Origin: Eledone cirrhosa
Lineage: Eukaryota
Reading direction: 5' to 3'
DNA: 64,000 bases
Assembly (NCBI GenBank): GCA_964016885.1
Contig: OZ024756.1
Location: forward strand, 29,078,001-29,142,000
The stretch's first letter is position 1, and each line of letters opens with the position of its first letter. Below the pieces are notes generated by a model. It searched no databases, had not been told where the DNA came from, and saw only the letters and a program-made list of their open reading frames with translations. Of the stretch, positions 13,190 through 26,500 are shown piece after piece. The position numbers were made by a program, and so were the translations under genes.

Positions 13190-13463
13190 ATGACCATGAT
13201 GAAACCAAAAGACAAGGTAAAAGAACCTGTCGCTCCTTTTAGGGTGTCTGGCCATGAACAGCCTAGGACCCAAATCATCGAACCACCGGATGGCGGCTGG
13301 GGATGGGTCGTCACCTTTGCCTCGTTCCTTTGCAATGTGATTGTGGACGGGATTTGTCTTTCGTTTGGGACAATAAAGGGGGTCTTTGAAGACTACTTTG
13401 GTGTAACAGCAACGGCATCGGCTTTGATTGGCTCCCTCTTGACTGGCTGTTATCTCTTGATTG
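13190..13463 (+). CDS. SLC16/MCT monocarboxylate transporter, coding exon 1 (exon begins 13081)
   Basis: Acceptor ctgttacag|13081; ATG 13190; MCT signature PPDGGWGWVV; donor g|gtaagt at 13464, phase 1. Confidence 0.92.
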
Positions 13464-13527
13464 GTAAGTTTTTTTATACATACATATATATATTGATGAT
13501 GATGATAGATAGATAGATAGATATATG

Positions 13528-13563
<36 letters not shown>

Positions 13564-13703
13564 CTGGAATAACATATAGACCCTGGAATAACACATTCAC
13601 CATTCAATAATATATACAGGATCCTACACCAAATCCCAATTCCTGAAAAAAAAAATAGAAACCTTTGTCTTTCTTTAACTCTTGTTATATATTTCTGCAT
13701 CAC

Positions 13704-13945
13704 TGGTTGCTATATAAAGTATCTTTAATCTAATATTATCCAGATATGTTTGGTTGCTATATAAAGTATTTTTAATCTAATATTATCCAGATATGTTTGG
13801 TTGCTATATAAAGTATCTTTAATCTAATATTATCCAGATATGTTTGGTTGCTATGTAAAGTATTTTTAACTTAATATTATCCAGATCTGTTTGGTTGCTA
13901 TACAAAGTATTTTTAACTTAATATTATCCAGATCTGTTTGCTTAC
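13704..13945. repeat. 47-bp tandem repeat, ~5 copies
   Basis: ggttgctatataaagtatctttaatctaatattatccagatatgttt repeated, ending ~30 nt before the 13977 acceptor. Confidence 0.9.
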
Positions 13946-13976
13946 TACATAAAATATTTTATTCAATATTTTCTAG

Positions 13977-14120
13977 GTCCTTTTGCAAGTACGCTGGCCA
14001 CGAAATATGGGTGTCGTAAGGTTACGATTGCTGGCAGCATCTTTGCTGCCTCTGCATTCTTTATTAGTAGTTTTTCCTCCAATATCCAGATGTTGATAGT
14101 GACCTATGGAGTTCTGGGAG
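13977..14120 (+). CDS. SLC16/MCT coding exon 2 (absent from ORF track)
   Basis: ttctag| GPFASTLATKYGCRKVTIAGSIFAASAFFISSFSSNIQMLIVTYGVLG g|gtaagt; MFS motif KYGCR; 144 nt, phase 1-1. Confidence 0.93.
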
Positions 14121-14435
14121 GTAAGTGGACGGCTGTTTCTTTGTTTTCCTTTTTTTTTTAAATTTTATTTATTGTCATTGTTGTTTGTGTGTTTATCATT
14201 CAGCTCAAAACATAAGCTGAAGGTAACATAAGACTCTTAGAGAACTATCGATGGTTTCCCTTGTATTTCTGATATTTGGTCATTACCCAAGATTCATGAA
14301 CATAAGTAAGGGTTGGTACAAATACCAAATTGAAGATAGCGAGTTTGGTTTTTACGACTACCTCCCTTCTTATGATTCACACATGACATTTATAAATAAA
14401 ATTTAATTTTTTTTTTTTTTTTTTTATTGTTGCAG

Positions 14436-15521
14436 GTATTGGGTTTGGTTTAATCTACCTTCCTTCAATTGTGATAATTGGTTATTGGTTTGAGAAGAAA
14501 CGAGCTTTTGCTACAGGGGTTGCAGTTTGTGGAATGGGTATTGGCACTTTTCTGTTCCCACCTTTTACTGAGTACTTACTACAGAAGTACGACTGGCAAG
14601 ACAGTGTGATCATCATATCAGGACTGATACTCAACTGTGCTGTGTGTGGAGCTCTCTTTCGTCCGGTCCGTCCGCAGACCAAGCGAATGAAACGAGGCTT
14701 CGTAGCGCGGGGCTCAATAATGCGAGCCCTGATTGAGGAGAAGAAGCGACAACGTACCATATCTAATGGATCTCTCGACAACTGTATCATCACCAACGAC
14801 AACCGTCTCATCAAATTGGATTGTATCGGCTCTAACCGCAGCAGCATAGCATCCTACTTTCAGCGGTCGAGGAGCCCACACAGTTCAAAATGTCCCAGCA
14901 GAAGCAGTCTGCTACCACAGAACTTAGTTGTCGAGTCTTTTAGAGTGGATGGCACGACTACGAAACCCATGAGCTCAAACTTGCTGAAACCCCCTGCTAT
15001 ACACTCAATGGACATACCTGAAAGCAACAAGCTGATAACAAGCAGTATGACCTGTATGCCCAAAGCGAAAAGTTGTGACTCCCTCACCCATGAGGATCCT
15101 TGGGACAAGCTCTCTGAGGAGGGCTCGTTAAGTACTCGCAGTCTCAGTTATGTCGGCGTCAGTGACTCACGCATCGAGATAAACACAACCTCGGCTGAGG
15201 CTTCGGCTGTGAACAGCACATCGGCAAGCCCTTGCGAGAGCCGGTGTGAAAGCCGGCAGACTATTAACACATCAAATCAAGAGGAACCCCCCAAATGTTA
15301 CCTATACAACTATAATAGTGATTTACCACCTTGTCTTATGGGCTCCAGTATAGTTAGTATCGCTAAATTCCAGGCCAGTATTCGCAGTTTGGAAAGCATT
15401 TATGAAAACAGTGGACACTCAATCAAACTCCTACAGATGTTCCAAGAAATAATTGATTTTTCCCTCTTCCGGAATTGGACATTTTGTGTCCTGCTCCTCT
15501 CTACCTTCCTTAGTATGTTAG
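14436..15521 (+). CDS. SLC16/MCT coding exon 3 (TM4-6, long Ser-rich central loop, TM7)
   Basis: ttgcag| GIGFGLIYLPSIVIIGYWFEKKRAFATGVAVCGMGIGTF...LNCAVCGALFRP...DFSLFRNWTF; donor g|gtaagt 15522. Confidence 0.95.
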
Positions 15522-15559
15522 GTAAGTGGCTTTCAATTGTGCTTGTTATTTATTGTTGC

Positions 15560-16860
15560 CAGCGGTAGTGGTGGTGCTGTCAGTGGTAGTGGTGGTGATG
15601 TTGCTGTCAGTGGTAGTGGTAGTGGTGATGATGTTGCTGTCGTTGTCATTGATCGCGGTGTTGCTGTTGCTGTTGTTGTTGCTACTGTTGTTGCTGCTGT
15701 TGTTGTTGTTATTGTTGTCCTTAACAACACCACCACCACTGTTATCGCAATTACTAACCACTACTCCGCCACTGCCACCACCACCACCACCGCCGCTGCC
15801 ACATACACTACCATTACTGCAAAAACACTACCACCACCACCAATGCTGCTACTACTACTACTACTACTACCACCACAACCTACTACTACCACTACCACCA
15901 CTAGAACCACCATTACTACTACTACCACCACCACCACCACCATTACTACTACTACCACTACCAAAACCACCACCACCATTACTACTACTACCACTACCAA
16001 AACCACCACCACCATTACTACTACTACCACTACCAAAACCACCACCACCATTACTACTACTACCACTACCAAAACCACCACCACCATTACTACTACCACT
16101 ACCAAAACCACCACCACCATTACTACTACTACCACTACCAAAACTACCACCACCATTACTACTACTACTACTACCACTACCAAAACCACCACCACCATTA
16201 CTACTACTACCACTACCAAAACCACCACCACCATTACTACTACTACCACTACCAAAACCACCACCACCATTACTACTACTACTACCACTACCAAAACCAC
16301 CACCACCATTACTACTACTACCACTACCAAAACCACCACCACCATTACTACTACTACTACCACTACCAAAACCACCACCACCATTACTACTACTACCACT
16401 ACCAAAACCACCACCACCATTACTACTACTACCACTACCAAAACCACCACCACCATTACTACTACTACTACCACTACCAAAACCACCACCACCATTACTA
16501 CTACTACCACTACCAAAACCACCACCACCATTACTACTACTACTACCACTACCAAAACCACCACCACCATTACTACTACTACCACTACCAAAACCACCAC
16601 CACCATTACTACTACTACTACTACCACTACCAAAACCACCACCACCATTACTACCACTACCAAAACCACCACCACCATTACTACCACTACCACCACCACC
16701 ACCACCATTACTACCACCACCACCATTACTACCACTACCACCACCACCACCATTACTACCACTACCACCACCACCACCACCACCACCACCACTACCACCA
16801 CCACCACCACCACCACCACCACCACTACTACTACCACCACCACTACTACTACCACCACTA
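15560..16860. repeat. Intronic triplet-derived minisatellite (ccactaccaaaaccaccaccaccattactacta-type ~30 bp unit)
   Basis: Direct reading; produces poly-Pro/Thr/Val/Gly pseudo-ORFs. Confidence 0.95.
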
Positions 16861-16915
16861 CCTCTATATTTACATATCCTATTTTTTTTTTGTTTCTGTT
16901 TTTTCCCATTGCTAG

Positions 16916-17185
16916 GTTTTTTCATCCCAGTCGTCTATCTGCCGGCACTGGCCAAACAGATTGGAATGACCACTCATGAGTCATCATACCTAGTATCGGT
17001 CAGTGGTGTTACGAACATTATCGGACGGCTACTCTCCGGCTTTCTTGCAGACCGTCCACTCTTTGGTGCATTGCACATCAACAACGCTGCACTCATCATG
17101 GTGGGCCTATTTACTATTTGCATCCCTTTTTTCAAGGACAAGTCCATCCTTAATATCTACAGTGGCATCTATGGTCTTGGAGTGG
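16916..17185 (+). CDS. SLC16/MCT coding exon 4
   Basis: gctag| GFFIPVVYLPALA...NIIGRLLSGFLADR...YSGIYGLGV g|gtaagt; 270 nt. Confidence 0.95.
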
Positions 17186-17654
17186 GTAAGTATTTGATGG
17201 GGGGTGGACAGGAGTTGGAGGAGGAAGACTGGTGGTGGGTCATCAGTTCTCTCTCTCTCCCTCTTTCTCTCTCTCTCTCTCTCTCTCTCTATCCCTCTCT
17301 CTCTCTCTCTCTATCCCTCTCTCTCTCTCTCTCTATCCCTCTCTCTCTCTCTCTCTATCCCTCTCTCTCTCTCTCTCTATCCCTCTCTCTCTCTCTCTAT
17401 CCCTCTCTCTCTCTATCCCTCTCTCTCTCTCTCTCTCTATCCCTCTCCCTCTCTCCCTCTCTCTCTCTCCCTCTCTCTCTCCCTCTCTCCCTCTCTCTCT
17501 CCCTCTCTCTCTCTCTCTGTCATCTCTTTATATCATTTGTGACCTTATTTGACCCTTTTGACACCTACATGACCATTTTACAGTGTGGGCTGGGGACTTT
17601 GGTGGGGGACGTGTATGGAGAATGGAGAGGCGACACTCACACACACACATAAAG

Positions 17655-17990
17655 GAGGCACATGGCTTAGTGGTTAGAGCATTGGCCTTGCAATCGAAAG
17701 GTTGTGAGATCAATTCTCAGACAGACCGGGTGATGTGTTGTTTCCTTGAGCAAGACACTTTATTTCACATTGCTCCAGTTTACTCAGCTGTAGAAATGAG
17801 ATGATAGGGACTGAGGTCCATATCATTCCACTGCAAAGTGGTCGTGGAGGTGCCACGGCAAAAAAGCACCCAGCACTCACTGTAAATGAGGTTGGTGTTA
17901 GGAAGGGCATCCAGCTGTAGAAATCAAGCCAGAATCAGTTCCCGTCCCACCCTTGCAAGCAGGGAAAAGCGGACGTAAAATGACGATGAT
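17655..17990 (+). mobile_element. tRNA-derived SINE family B (CORE-like centre, probable LINE-derived tail)
   Basis: A-box tggcttagtggtta, centre tccttgagcaagacactttatttcac, tail gttggtgttaggaagggcatccagctgtagaaa...ggacgtaaaatga; copies 21790-21920(-), 29790-30120(-), 36160-36270(-), 38950-39265(-); head/centre with a different tail at 42485-42670 and 60988-61200. Confidence 0.8.
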
Positions 17991-19242
17991 GATATATATA
18001 AATATCCAACCCATGCTAGTGTGGAAAAATGGACGTTAAACGGTGATGACGATGTGACCCTATTAACGTTAGGAAGAGCACTGGTGTTAGTGAGGGCATG
18101 CTGTCCGACCGTCTACCAAAACTGCCAGACCACTGCCCTTTTCCAAATTATTAATAATAATAATAATTGTTTCTACTTTTGGCACAAGGCCAGCAATTAC
18201 TCCAGTGCATTACTGGTACTTTATTTTATTGACCCCTGTAACGATGAAAGGCAAAGTTAACCTCGGTGGGATTTGAACTCAGACCATAAAGGGCCGTAAC
18301 TCTTTGCTGCAAAGCATGGCGTCCGACCCACTACCGATACTGCCAATCCACCGCCCTTAATAATAATAATAATGGTTTCTTATATAGGCACAAGGCCAGC
18401 AATTTAGATGGAGGGGAAAGTTGATTAAATCGGACCCAGTGTGTGACTGGTACTTTATTTTATCGATCCCCGTAACGATGAAAGGCAAAGTTAACCTCAG
18501 CAGGATTTGAACTCAGAATGTAAAGGGCTGTAACTCTATGCCACAAATCATGTTGTCTGACACTCTACCGAGATACTGCCAATCCACTGCCCTGTAACAA
18601 CAACAACAGCAATAATAATAATAATTTTTCTACTTTTTCGCACAAGGCCAGCAAATACCCAGTGTATTACTGGTACTTTATTTTATCAACCCCGTAAGGA
18701 TGAAAAGCAAAGTTAACCTCGGCGGGATTTGAACTCAGACAATAAAGGGCCATAACTCTATGCTGAAAAGCATGGCAGCCGACTCTCTACCGATACTGCC
18801 AATACACCAATAATGATTTCTTTATTAACCACAAAGGGTTTACATCAAGAAAAACAATATGACAGTACAGGACAAAAACAGTGTGTGTGTATGTGTGTTT
18901 GTGTGTGTTGGTGTATATAATAATAATTGTTTCTACTTTTGGCACAAGGCCAGCAATTACGCAGTGTATTACTGGTACTTTATTTTATCGACCCCGTAAG
19001 GATGAAAGGCAAAGTTAACCTCGGCGGGATTTGAACTCAGAATGGAAAGGGCCGTAACTCTATGCGTCAAAGCATGGCGTCTGACCCTCTACCGATACTG
19101 CCAAATAATGTGTGTGTGTGTGTGTTGGTGTATATAATAATAATAATTTCTTTCTTTCTCTTTCTTTCTTTCTTTATCTTTCTTTCTTTATTTATTATAA
19201 TAATAATAATAATGATAATTTTCTGTCTTTTACTTTCCACAG

Positions 19243-19368
19243 CTGCCTTTGTATCCTTGAGGTCTGTTTTACTAGTGGATCTACTTGGCTTGAGTCAGCT
19301 GACCAAATCATTTGGATTATTAACGCTTTTCCAAGGAATTGCCACAATGGCAGGATTACCACTTGGAG
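19243..19368 (+). CDS. SLC16/MCT coding exon 5
   Basis: ttccacag| AAFVSLRSVLLVDLLGLSQLTKSFGLLTLFQGIATMAGLPLG g|gtgagt; 126 nt. Confidence 0.95.
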
Positions 19369-20309
19369 GTGAGTCATCATATCCCCTCCCGTACTTTTTT
19401 ATTTATTGTCCCTTTGTTGGGCTATAATTCAGTAGGTAGATATACAGATGGATAGATTGATGTACAGATTGGTGTTAGGAAGGGCATCCAGCCGTAGAAA
19501 ACCTGCCAGACAGTCCTATACGAGCGAGAAAACCAATCTTGCCTCAAGTGGGACAACTCCCATCTAAACCCATGCTAGCGTGGAAGATGGACGTTAAACG
19601 ATGATGATGATGATGATAGTCGGTTAGATGGATCGTCATAGGAATAAATGAATGAATGGTTGGATGGACAGATATATAGATGGTAGATAGATGGATACTT
19701 AAATAGATGGCCAGATAGATAGTTGACCAGAAGGCTAGATATATAGATATTTAGATAAATGACTAGAAGTCTAGATATATATTTAGATGGTCAATTAAAT
19801 AGATATTTGACCAGAAGGTTAGATATATAGACAAATGGATGGCTTGATTGTCTAAGGATTGGTTATATAGATAGATGGGCAGAGGGCTAGATATATAGAT
19901 ATTTAGATAGTCAAATGGATGAATAGATAGATTGATGGACTGGTTATAAAGATAGGTGGCCAGAGGACTGGATATATAGGTAAATGACCAGAGGGAGGGA
20001 TATATATATATATATATATACATACAGAGAGAGAGAGAGTAAAAGTGAGAGTTCCAAAATCTATGTCATTGACTTAATATGTCCAAGATATTTTCCATTG
20101 TTGCATGAAATGAAACTTTGCTCCGAATATTGTTCTAGTCTGCGTTTCCTCTAGTGCTTAATGTTCCTCTCTTCACACATACCCCACTCCCCATGTATGT
20201 ATTTATATATATATGATCTCGAACACACCAGCTATATATATATAGATATGCCATGTACCAGCTATATACGTTTCATGTGCCATATACGTGTGTATATATA
20301 TATATATAC

Positions 20310-20344
<35 letters not shown>

Positions 20345-21040
20345 TATATATATATATACATTATATATATATATACATTATATAGATATACTCATGTCCT
20401 GATTTAATTGTTAATTGTGCCAATGAGGGAACCTCTATGTGGTTGCTATATCTGCTAGAAATACTAACTAAAACTCCTTCTAATCACATTGTACGATCTT
20501 AAAAAATGAATCCTGTGTCATGAGAAAGAAAATTAAAAAAATATATAATATGACAGGATGGTCAGAAGTGGAATGCCTTTGATGCTGTGTCTACATTATG
20601 AGGGCTGAGGGCTGACCTGGGGGATTACTTAATAGCAACACCTTTGATCCTATGTTTACTTGAACATGGCTGGCCTGGGGTTAAACAACTGTAACAACTC
20701 TATTTCATCACCACTGCATTTGTGCTGTCAAGTGTTTATCATCATCATCATCATCATTATCATCGTTGTTGTTGTCATTGTCATCTCTATCATTGACAAG
20801 ATTTTTATCATCACCACCACTATCATCATCATCATCGTTATCGACATTCTCATTATTATCATCATCATCATTACCATTGTTGTCATCATTGCTGCCCTCA
20901 TTGCCATCATCATCATCATCATCATCATCATAAATACAATCAGTCCAAGAGAAAGATACATATACGGCCGGAGCTCAGCCGTTGGGGTCCTGACTTTTTC
21001 CCTATATATATATATATATATATTTATTTATTAAAATAAC

Positions 21041-21629
21041 AGATTAAAGCAAAGAATCGCTGCTTTCACTCTTAACGGGATCTTCTGAAACTAACAAAGT
21101 CAATCTGTAAACGCAGAAGTGAATATTTCAAAAAACGTTGCAACCGGAGGAAGACAGGAAGACGATACTTTGGTTCGTGGAAACGTTCGCTGGCAAAGAA
21201 CGGGAAAAAAACGAATAATACGACATTAATAGGAGCGGTGAAAAACAATTACATGCAAAGACAGAACCACGTTTATGGTATAAAAGAAGTCGTAGACTAA
21301 TGTTCTCTTAGGTGGTTCATAGAGACGTTCTCTGGCAATGAACGGAAAAAACGAAGATAATACGTCATATGTGGACTTCTTTTATACCATAAATGTGGTT
21401 CTGTCTTTGCGTGTAATTATTTTTCACCGCTCCTATTAATGACATATTATATTCGTTTTTTGCCGTTCTTTGCCAGGGAACGTTTCCACGAACCAAAGTA
21501 TCGTCTTCCTGTCTTCCTCCGGTTGCAACGTTTTTTGAAATATCCACTTCTGCGTTTACAGATTGACTTTGTTAGTTTCAGAAGATCCCGTTAAGGGTGA
21601 AAGCAGCGATTCTTTGCTTAAACTTTTAA

Positions 21630-21632
<3 letters not shown>
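21041..21632. repeat. Intronic ~250 bp inverted repeat flanked by (TA)n on both sides
   Basis: 21041-21291 is the reverse complement of 21375-21632 with scattered mismatches; the same terminal sequence recurs at ~33657-33696 and ~43925-44005. Confidence 0.9.
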
Positions 21633-21672
<40 letters not shown>

Positions 21673-22099
21673 ATCACCTTGACCGACCAGTCTGTCAGGT
21701 GCCAATCGGTGCCGCTGGTCACAGCACGTCACGTTGTTTTAGCCATAAAATAATGCCATCCCACTGGCTGGGCGGGCAGGCAGGCCGGTACTCATTTCTA
21801 CAGCTGAGTAAACTGGAGCAACGTGAAATAAAGTGTCTTGCTCAAGGAAACAACACATCACCTGGTCTGAGAATTGAACTCACAACCTTTCGATTGCAAG
21901 CCCAATGCTCTAACCACTTATATATATATATGAGAGAGAGATAAGTAGGTAGATTACTCTTGGCGGTGGTGGTCATATTGTGTATATGTAGGTTTAGGGG
22001 TGTTTTCTATCACCAATACTGCTACTGCTGCTAATTATTCTTGTTGATCCTTGGCTAACATGATGATGTTGATGATGATTATGAGAAGGGACCATGGTA

Positions 22100-22365
22100 A
22101 TACCATTGCCATGAGTGACCTTGACAATATCACTGTTGGGAGAGACCTTCATAATATCACTGTTGGGAGAGACCTTGGTAATACTGCTATTGGGAGTAAC
22201 CTTCATAATACCTGTATTGGGAGGGACCTTGGTAATGCCATTGTAGGGAGGGGCCTTTATAATACCATTATAGGGAGCGACCATGACAATACCACTATAG
22301 GGAGAGACCTTGATAATATCACTGTTGGGAGAGGCCTTGATAATATCACTGATGGGAGAGATTTC
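22100..22365. repeat. Degenerate 27-bp tandem repeat
   Basis: ccttgataatatcactgttgggagaga-like units, ~9 copies. Confidence 0.8.
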
Positions 22366-24680
22366 CAACAAGTTTTTTATTTTTATTAATGTTTTTGTCC
22401 ATCTCTTATTTTAATTTAAACCATAAGATGAACATATTTTAAGTACTAACGACTTAAATAAAATTCAATGAAATAATCCACAGACTGATAGATAGTCAGA
22501 ATTTTAAAAAAAATAAGCAGATCATATATAATTGTTTTCTAGAATGCGACCTTATTATATTACAAGTAACTTAATATGCTGTTTCAACATAAAAAGGTTC
22601 CCCACCTCTGGTGCAGACATATTTCTGCAAACACCCATATATTGGTATTTCACTATGGTTCAATATGGCCATTACTGAGGTTGCAGGAAGAGGAGGAGAT
22701 AGTTGTAATTATGCCTCCCACATTTTTGAAAATACAAAACAGATTTAACCCTTTCATTACCGTAATATTTCTAATGAAAGACACTGCCTATAATTTCTAA
22801 ATCCTTTTGAAAATAACCAAGAATTTACAAGGATTTAGTAATATATTTAACTTTCTCATTATTAAACTGACATTAGAGCAGTGTATTGGCAGTATCGGTA
22901 GAGCGTCAGACACCATGCTTTGCAGTGTAGAGTTATACATTCTGAGTTCAAATCCCGCCGAGGTTAGCTTTGCCTTTCATCCTTACGGGGTCGATAAAAT
23001 ATAGTACCAGTAACACACACTGGGATTGATTTAATTGACTTTCCCCTTCCCCCAAATTGTTGGCCTTGTGCGTAAGTGAGAAATTATTATTAAGCTAGCA
23101 TAGGGTGGGTGGGGAATTGGTGGAATTGGTAGAGTTCCAGATAAAAATGCCTTTACAGTATTTGCTCTGGCTTGAGTTCAAATCCTGCTCAGATCAACTT
23201 TTCCTTTCATCTTTCTGGGGTCAATAAAATAAAGTTCAAGCAAAAGGACTTGGATCGGTATAATGCCTTCCCCCCTCCCCATGCACACACAAATTGCTGG
23301 ACTTGTGCCTAAATTAGAAATCATTCCTAAGCTAGTGATCCAGCCAAGGTTAGCTTTGCCTTTCAACCTTACGGGGGTCGATAAAATAAAGTACCAGTAG
23401 CACATTGGGGTCGATTTAATCGACTTTCCCCATTCCTCAAAATTGCTGACCTTGTGCCTAAATCAGAAACATGATGTTATAGGTCATAATACTATATGAC
23501 CCTCTCTACAATGCTGCTATACAGCAAAGATGTTTAGTGATTTATTTATTGATCACAGGAAATTATTATATATTTTATTTAATTATACAAATTTGTATAA
23601 AACTATGCATGTCTCTGATGGGTGCCTAGTTAGCTTTGATGGTAGCACCGACCCTAGATAACTGTCTCCCGCTATTGTAAAGTCTCATTTCAAGCCTGTG
23701 TTTTTATCACAATTGACTCTGCATTAACCTCCACTGCTTTTGTAGTTTGTTCTTGTAATGTTCTCGTCACTTGTCCCCTTGTGGCAAATAATAAACTACC
23801 ATTATTATCCTCAATTTGTTAGAGCTTTCTAGGCCTTTCCTCCTTTTAGGGTCAATAAAATGAAGTACCAGTTTAACCCATTAGCATTTAAACTGGCTGT
23901 ATCTGGCCAGAATTCTTTCACCTCTTTCTGTTCAAACTGGCTGTAACTAGCCACTCATACTGATATTAAGGTATTGTTCTCAAAATAACTAATATCAAAA
24001 TCTCAGATTCGATATTATGTGAGATAAAGCCTTTACCATGAAAATACAATAGCATAAATAGAGTAATGTAAATGCTAAAGGGTTAATACTGGGGTTAAAT
24101 TAATCAACTTGCCCTTCTCCTTACCAAAAGTTGTTGCCAAAATTTAAAGCCATCAATATTATTAGTGTGATGGATTGGCAGAACAGTTAGAACATAGGGC
24201 AAAATGATATACTGCATTTAGGTTCTCAGTTCAAATCGCACCAGTCACTTTGCCCTTCGTTCTTTCAGTGTCGATAAAATAAAGTACCAGTCATGCACTA
24301 GGGTTGGTATAATCGACTTATCCCCCTTCCCTTTTCTAAAATTGCTGGCTATGGCTATGGTCTGCAAAATAAAATGCCAGTGATGCACTGGGGTTTGTAT
24401 AATCGACTTCCCCCCCTTCCCCTCACTAAAATTGCTGGCTATGGTCAGTAAAATAAAATACCAGTGATGCACTAGGGTTGGTATAAGTATAATCAACTTT
24501 CTCCCCTTCTCTATAATTGCTGACCTCCCCCAACCCCTTGTGCCTAAATTAGAAGCCATCATTAGCATTTTTTTTTTAAACCTGCTTTTTTTTATGGCAC
24601 TGTGGCGTTGGAATGTTTTGGCACTTCACTAAGTATCCGATTATCTGGTTTAGTTACCGTCTGAATTTGTTCGCTTGCAG

Positions 24681-24922
24681 GTTACCTTGAAGATATTACA
24701 GGAGATGTCAACGCCACGTTTTACATGAGTGGCATGATGCTAACATTGTCAGGAGTGATTTCACTCCCATTGAATCGGCTGAAGAAGTGGCAGGAGCAAC
24801 GTGACCAAGTCAGCCCTGAAGAGGAACCAATTAATAACCAAGATGCCAAAACTGCGAGCCCTTCAGACAGTGGTGTCAGTGGATTGTTTAAGACCGAGGA
24901 GTTTGTACAGATACAGAACTAG
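24681..24922 (+). CDS. SLC16/MCT alternative last exon A (predicted 713 aa isoform)
   Basis: gcttgcag| GYLEDITGDVNATFYMSGMMLTLSGVISLPLNRLKKWQEQRDQ...FVQIQN*; phase matches exon 5. Confidence 0.88.
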
Positions 24923-25129
24923 AGAGAGAGAGAGAGAGAGAGAGAAAAAAAAAAAAAACTCCTTGAGTCTTGTTTTTTTTTTTTTTGTTTTATAAATACC
25001 AGGTAGTCTTTTATTCTTCAGTCGGGGTAGAGTTTAAATGTAGTAATGGTGGTGGTTTTTATGAAGGTGATGGTGGAGGGAGTGTTTGGATGCTGATGGT
25101 GGTTAAGATTACTAGTCCAAAAGAAGAGT

Positions 25130-25490
25130 CAGGTGTGTGCATCTAAAGTCCATGAAGTGCATCTAAAGGTGAAGACTAACTTCTCAGAGGTCACCAGACC
25201 AATGAAAGTGCTCAAAAGGAGCAAAGCCTTTGGAGAAGATGAAATTTGGCCTAAGATCTTAAAATACTTAAATAAAGAAGATATTCTCTGGTTGACTTTT
25301 GTGTGCTGGGTGGGCTGGATCTCTGGGCAGGCACCAAAGCAATGGTAATCGGAAGTGATAATCCCAATTTTCAAAATGGGAGATATGAGAGATTGCTTGA
25401 ATTATAGAGGAATCTCTTTGTTAAGCCTGCCTACTAAAGTTTATGCTAACTGTTTGACAAAGAGATGGAGGGGTATTGTGAAATCCAGTG
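25130..25490 (+). pseudogene. Decayed LINE RT fragment
   Basis: KAFGEDEI..KILK...PKQW*..IIPIFKMGDMRDCLNYRGISLLSLPTKVYA. Confidence 0.8.
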
Positions 25491-25934
25491 TAAACTATGA
25501 AGGTGCAAGAAATGCAGTAGAGTTACAGGCAGGTTAAATGAGAATGTAGAGATACACAGGAGAAATAAACACTAAAAGCATGTGAAATACAGGGTGCAGC
25601 AAAAGTAACGCCCTTTTTTAATTTAACTTTTATTGAACAAAAATAATTTTCTTAACCCTTTAGCATTTACATTACTCTATATTTACTATTGTATTTTCAC
25701 AGTAAACACTTTATTTCACATAATATCTCACATAATGTCAAATCTACGAGATTTTGATATTATTTATTTTGAGAACAATACCTTAACATAAGTATGAGTG
25801 GTCGGTTTGAACAGAAAGAGGTGAGAGAATTCTGGCCAGATATAGCCGGTTTAAATGCTAAAGGGTTAAACTACAGTAATTTATTTTTGTTTAATAAAAG
25901 TAAAAAAAAAAAAGTGTTACTTTTGTTTCTTGCA

Positions 25935-26500
25935 GATTCTTTCAATTGTCCTGGCAGTTCGCTAGAGGTTGTGGGCAGCTTTTATTACCTAGGTGACCTA
26001 ATCAGCTGTGGGGTAGGATGCTCTGGAAGCATAGTTGCCAAAGTAAGACTGGGCAGGAAGAATTTTAGGGAGCAATACCTCTGCTGACAATAAAGGACTT
26101 CTATCTGAAACTAGAAGGTAGACTTTATGTTGCCTGTTGGTGAACTGCTATTCTGGGCCTTGACTGCACAAGATCTGCAAAAACTATAAAGAAATGATAC
26201 GATATGCTCTAATGGATGTTGTATTGTTAGTGTGCATGAATAAGGTAGCATTAATAAGCTGAGAGAAAAACTAAGTATAAAAGAAATCAGATGTAGTGTG
26301 CAAGAGAGGAGACTGTTCTGGTATGGACATGTGATGTGTAGGGAAGATGGCAGCTGTATAAAGATATACAGGGTAATCTCAGTAGATGGGGACTGTGGAA
26401 AAGGTAGACTGAGGGAAGAGGGGAAACACGGGATGGATTGGTGAAGACTAACTCCAGTTGAACCTTATGATATTGATGACAAAGGGCCATGACAACCATT
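25935..26500 (+). pseudogene. Decayed 3' fragment related to the RTE LINE at 9657-11560
   Basis: SLEVVGSFYYLGDLISCGVGCS..IVAKVRLGRKNFRE matches SIEIVDTFRYLGDKISSGGGCS..TVARVRTGWKRFRE. Confidence 0.8.

Noticed and set aside
15526-17652. 708-aa Pro-rich ORF and 480-aa Thr-rich mucin-like ORF
   Set aside because: Intronic triplet repeat read-through; only 16916-17185 is a real exon, bounded by splice sites.
24866-24883. DSGVSG as beta-TrCP degron in tail A
   Set aside because: Does not match the canonical DSGxxS spacing.
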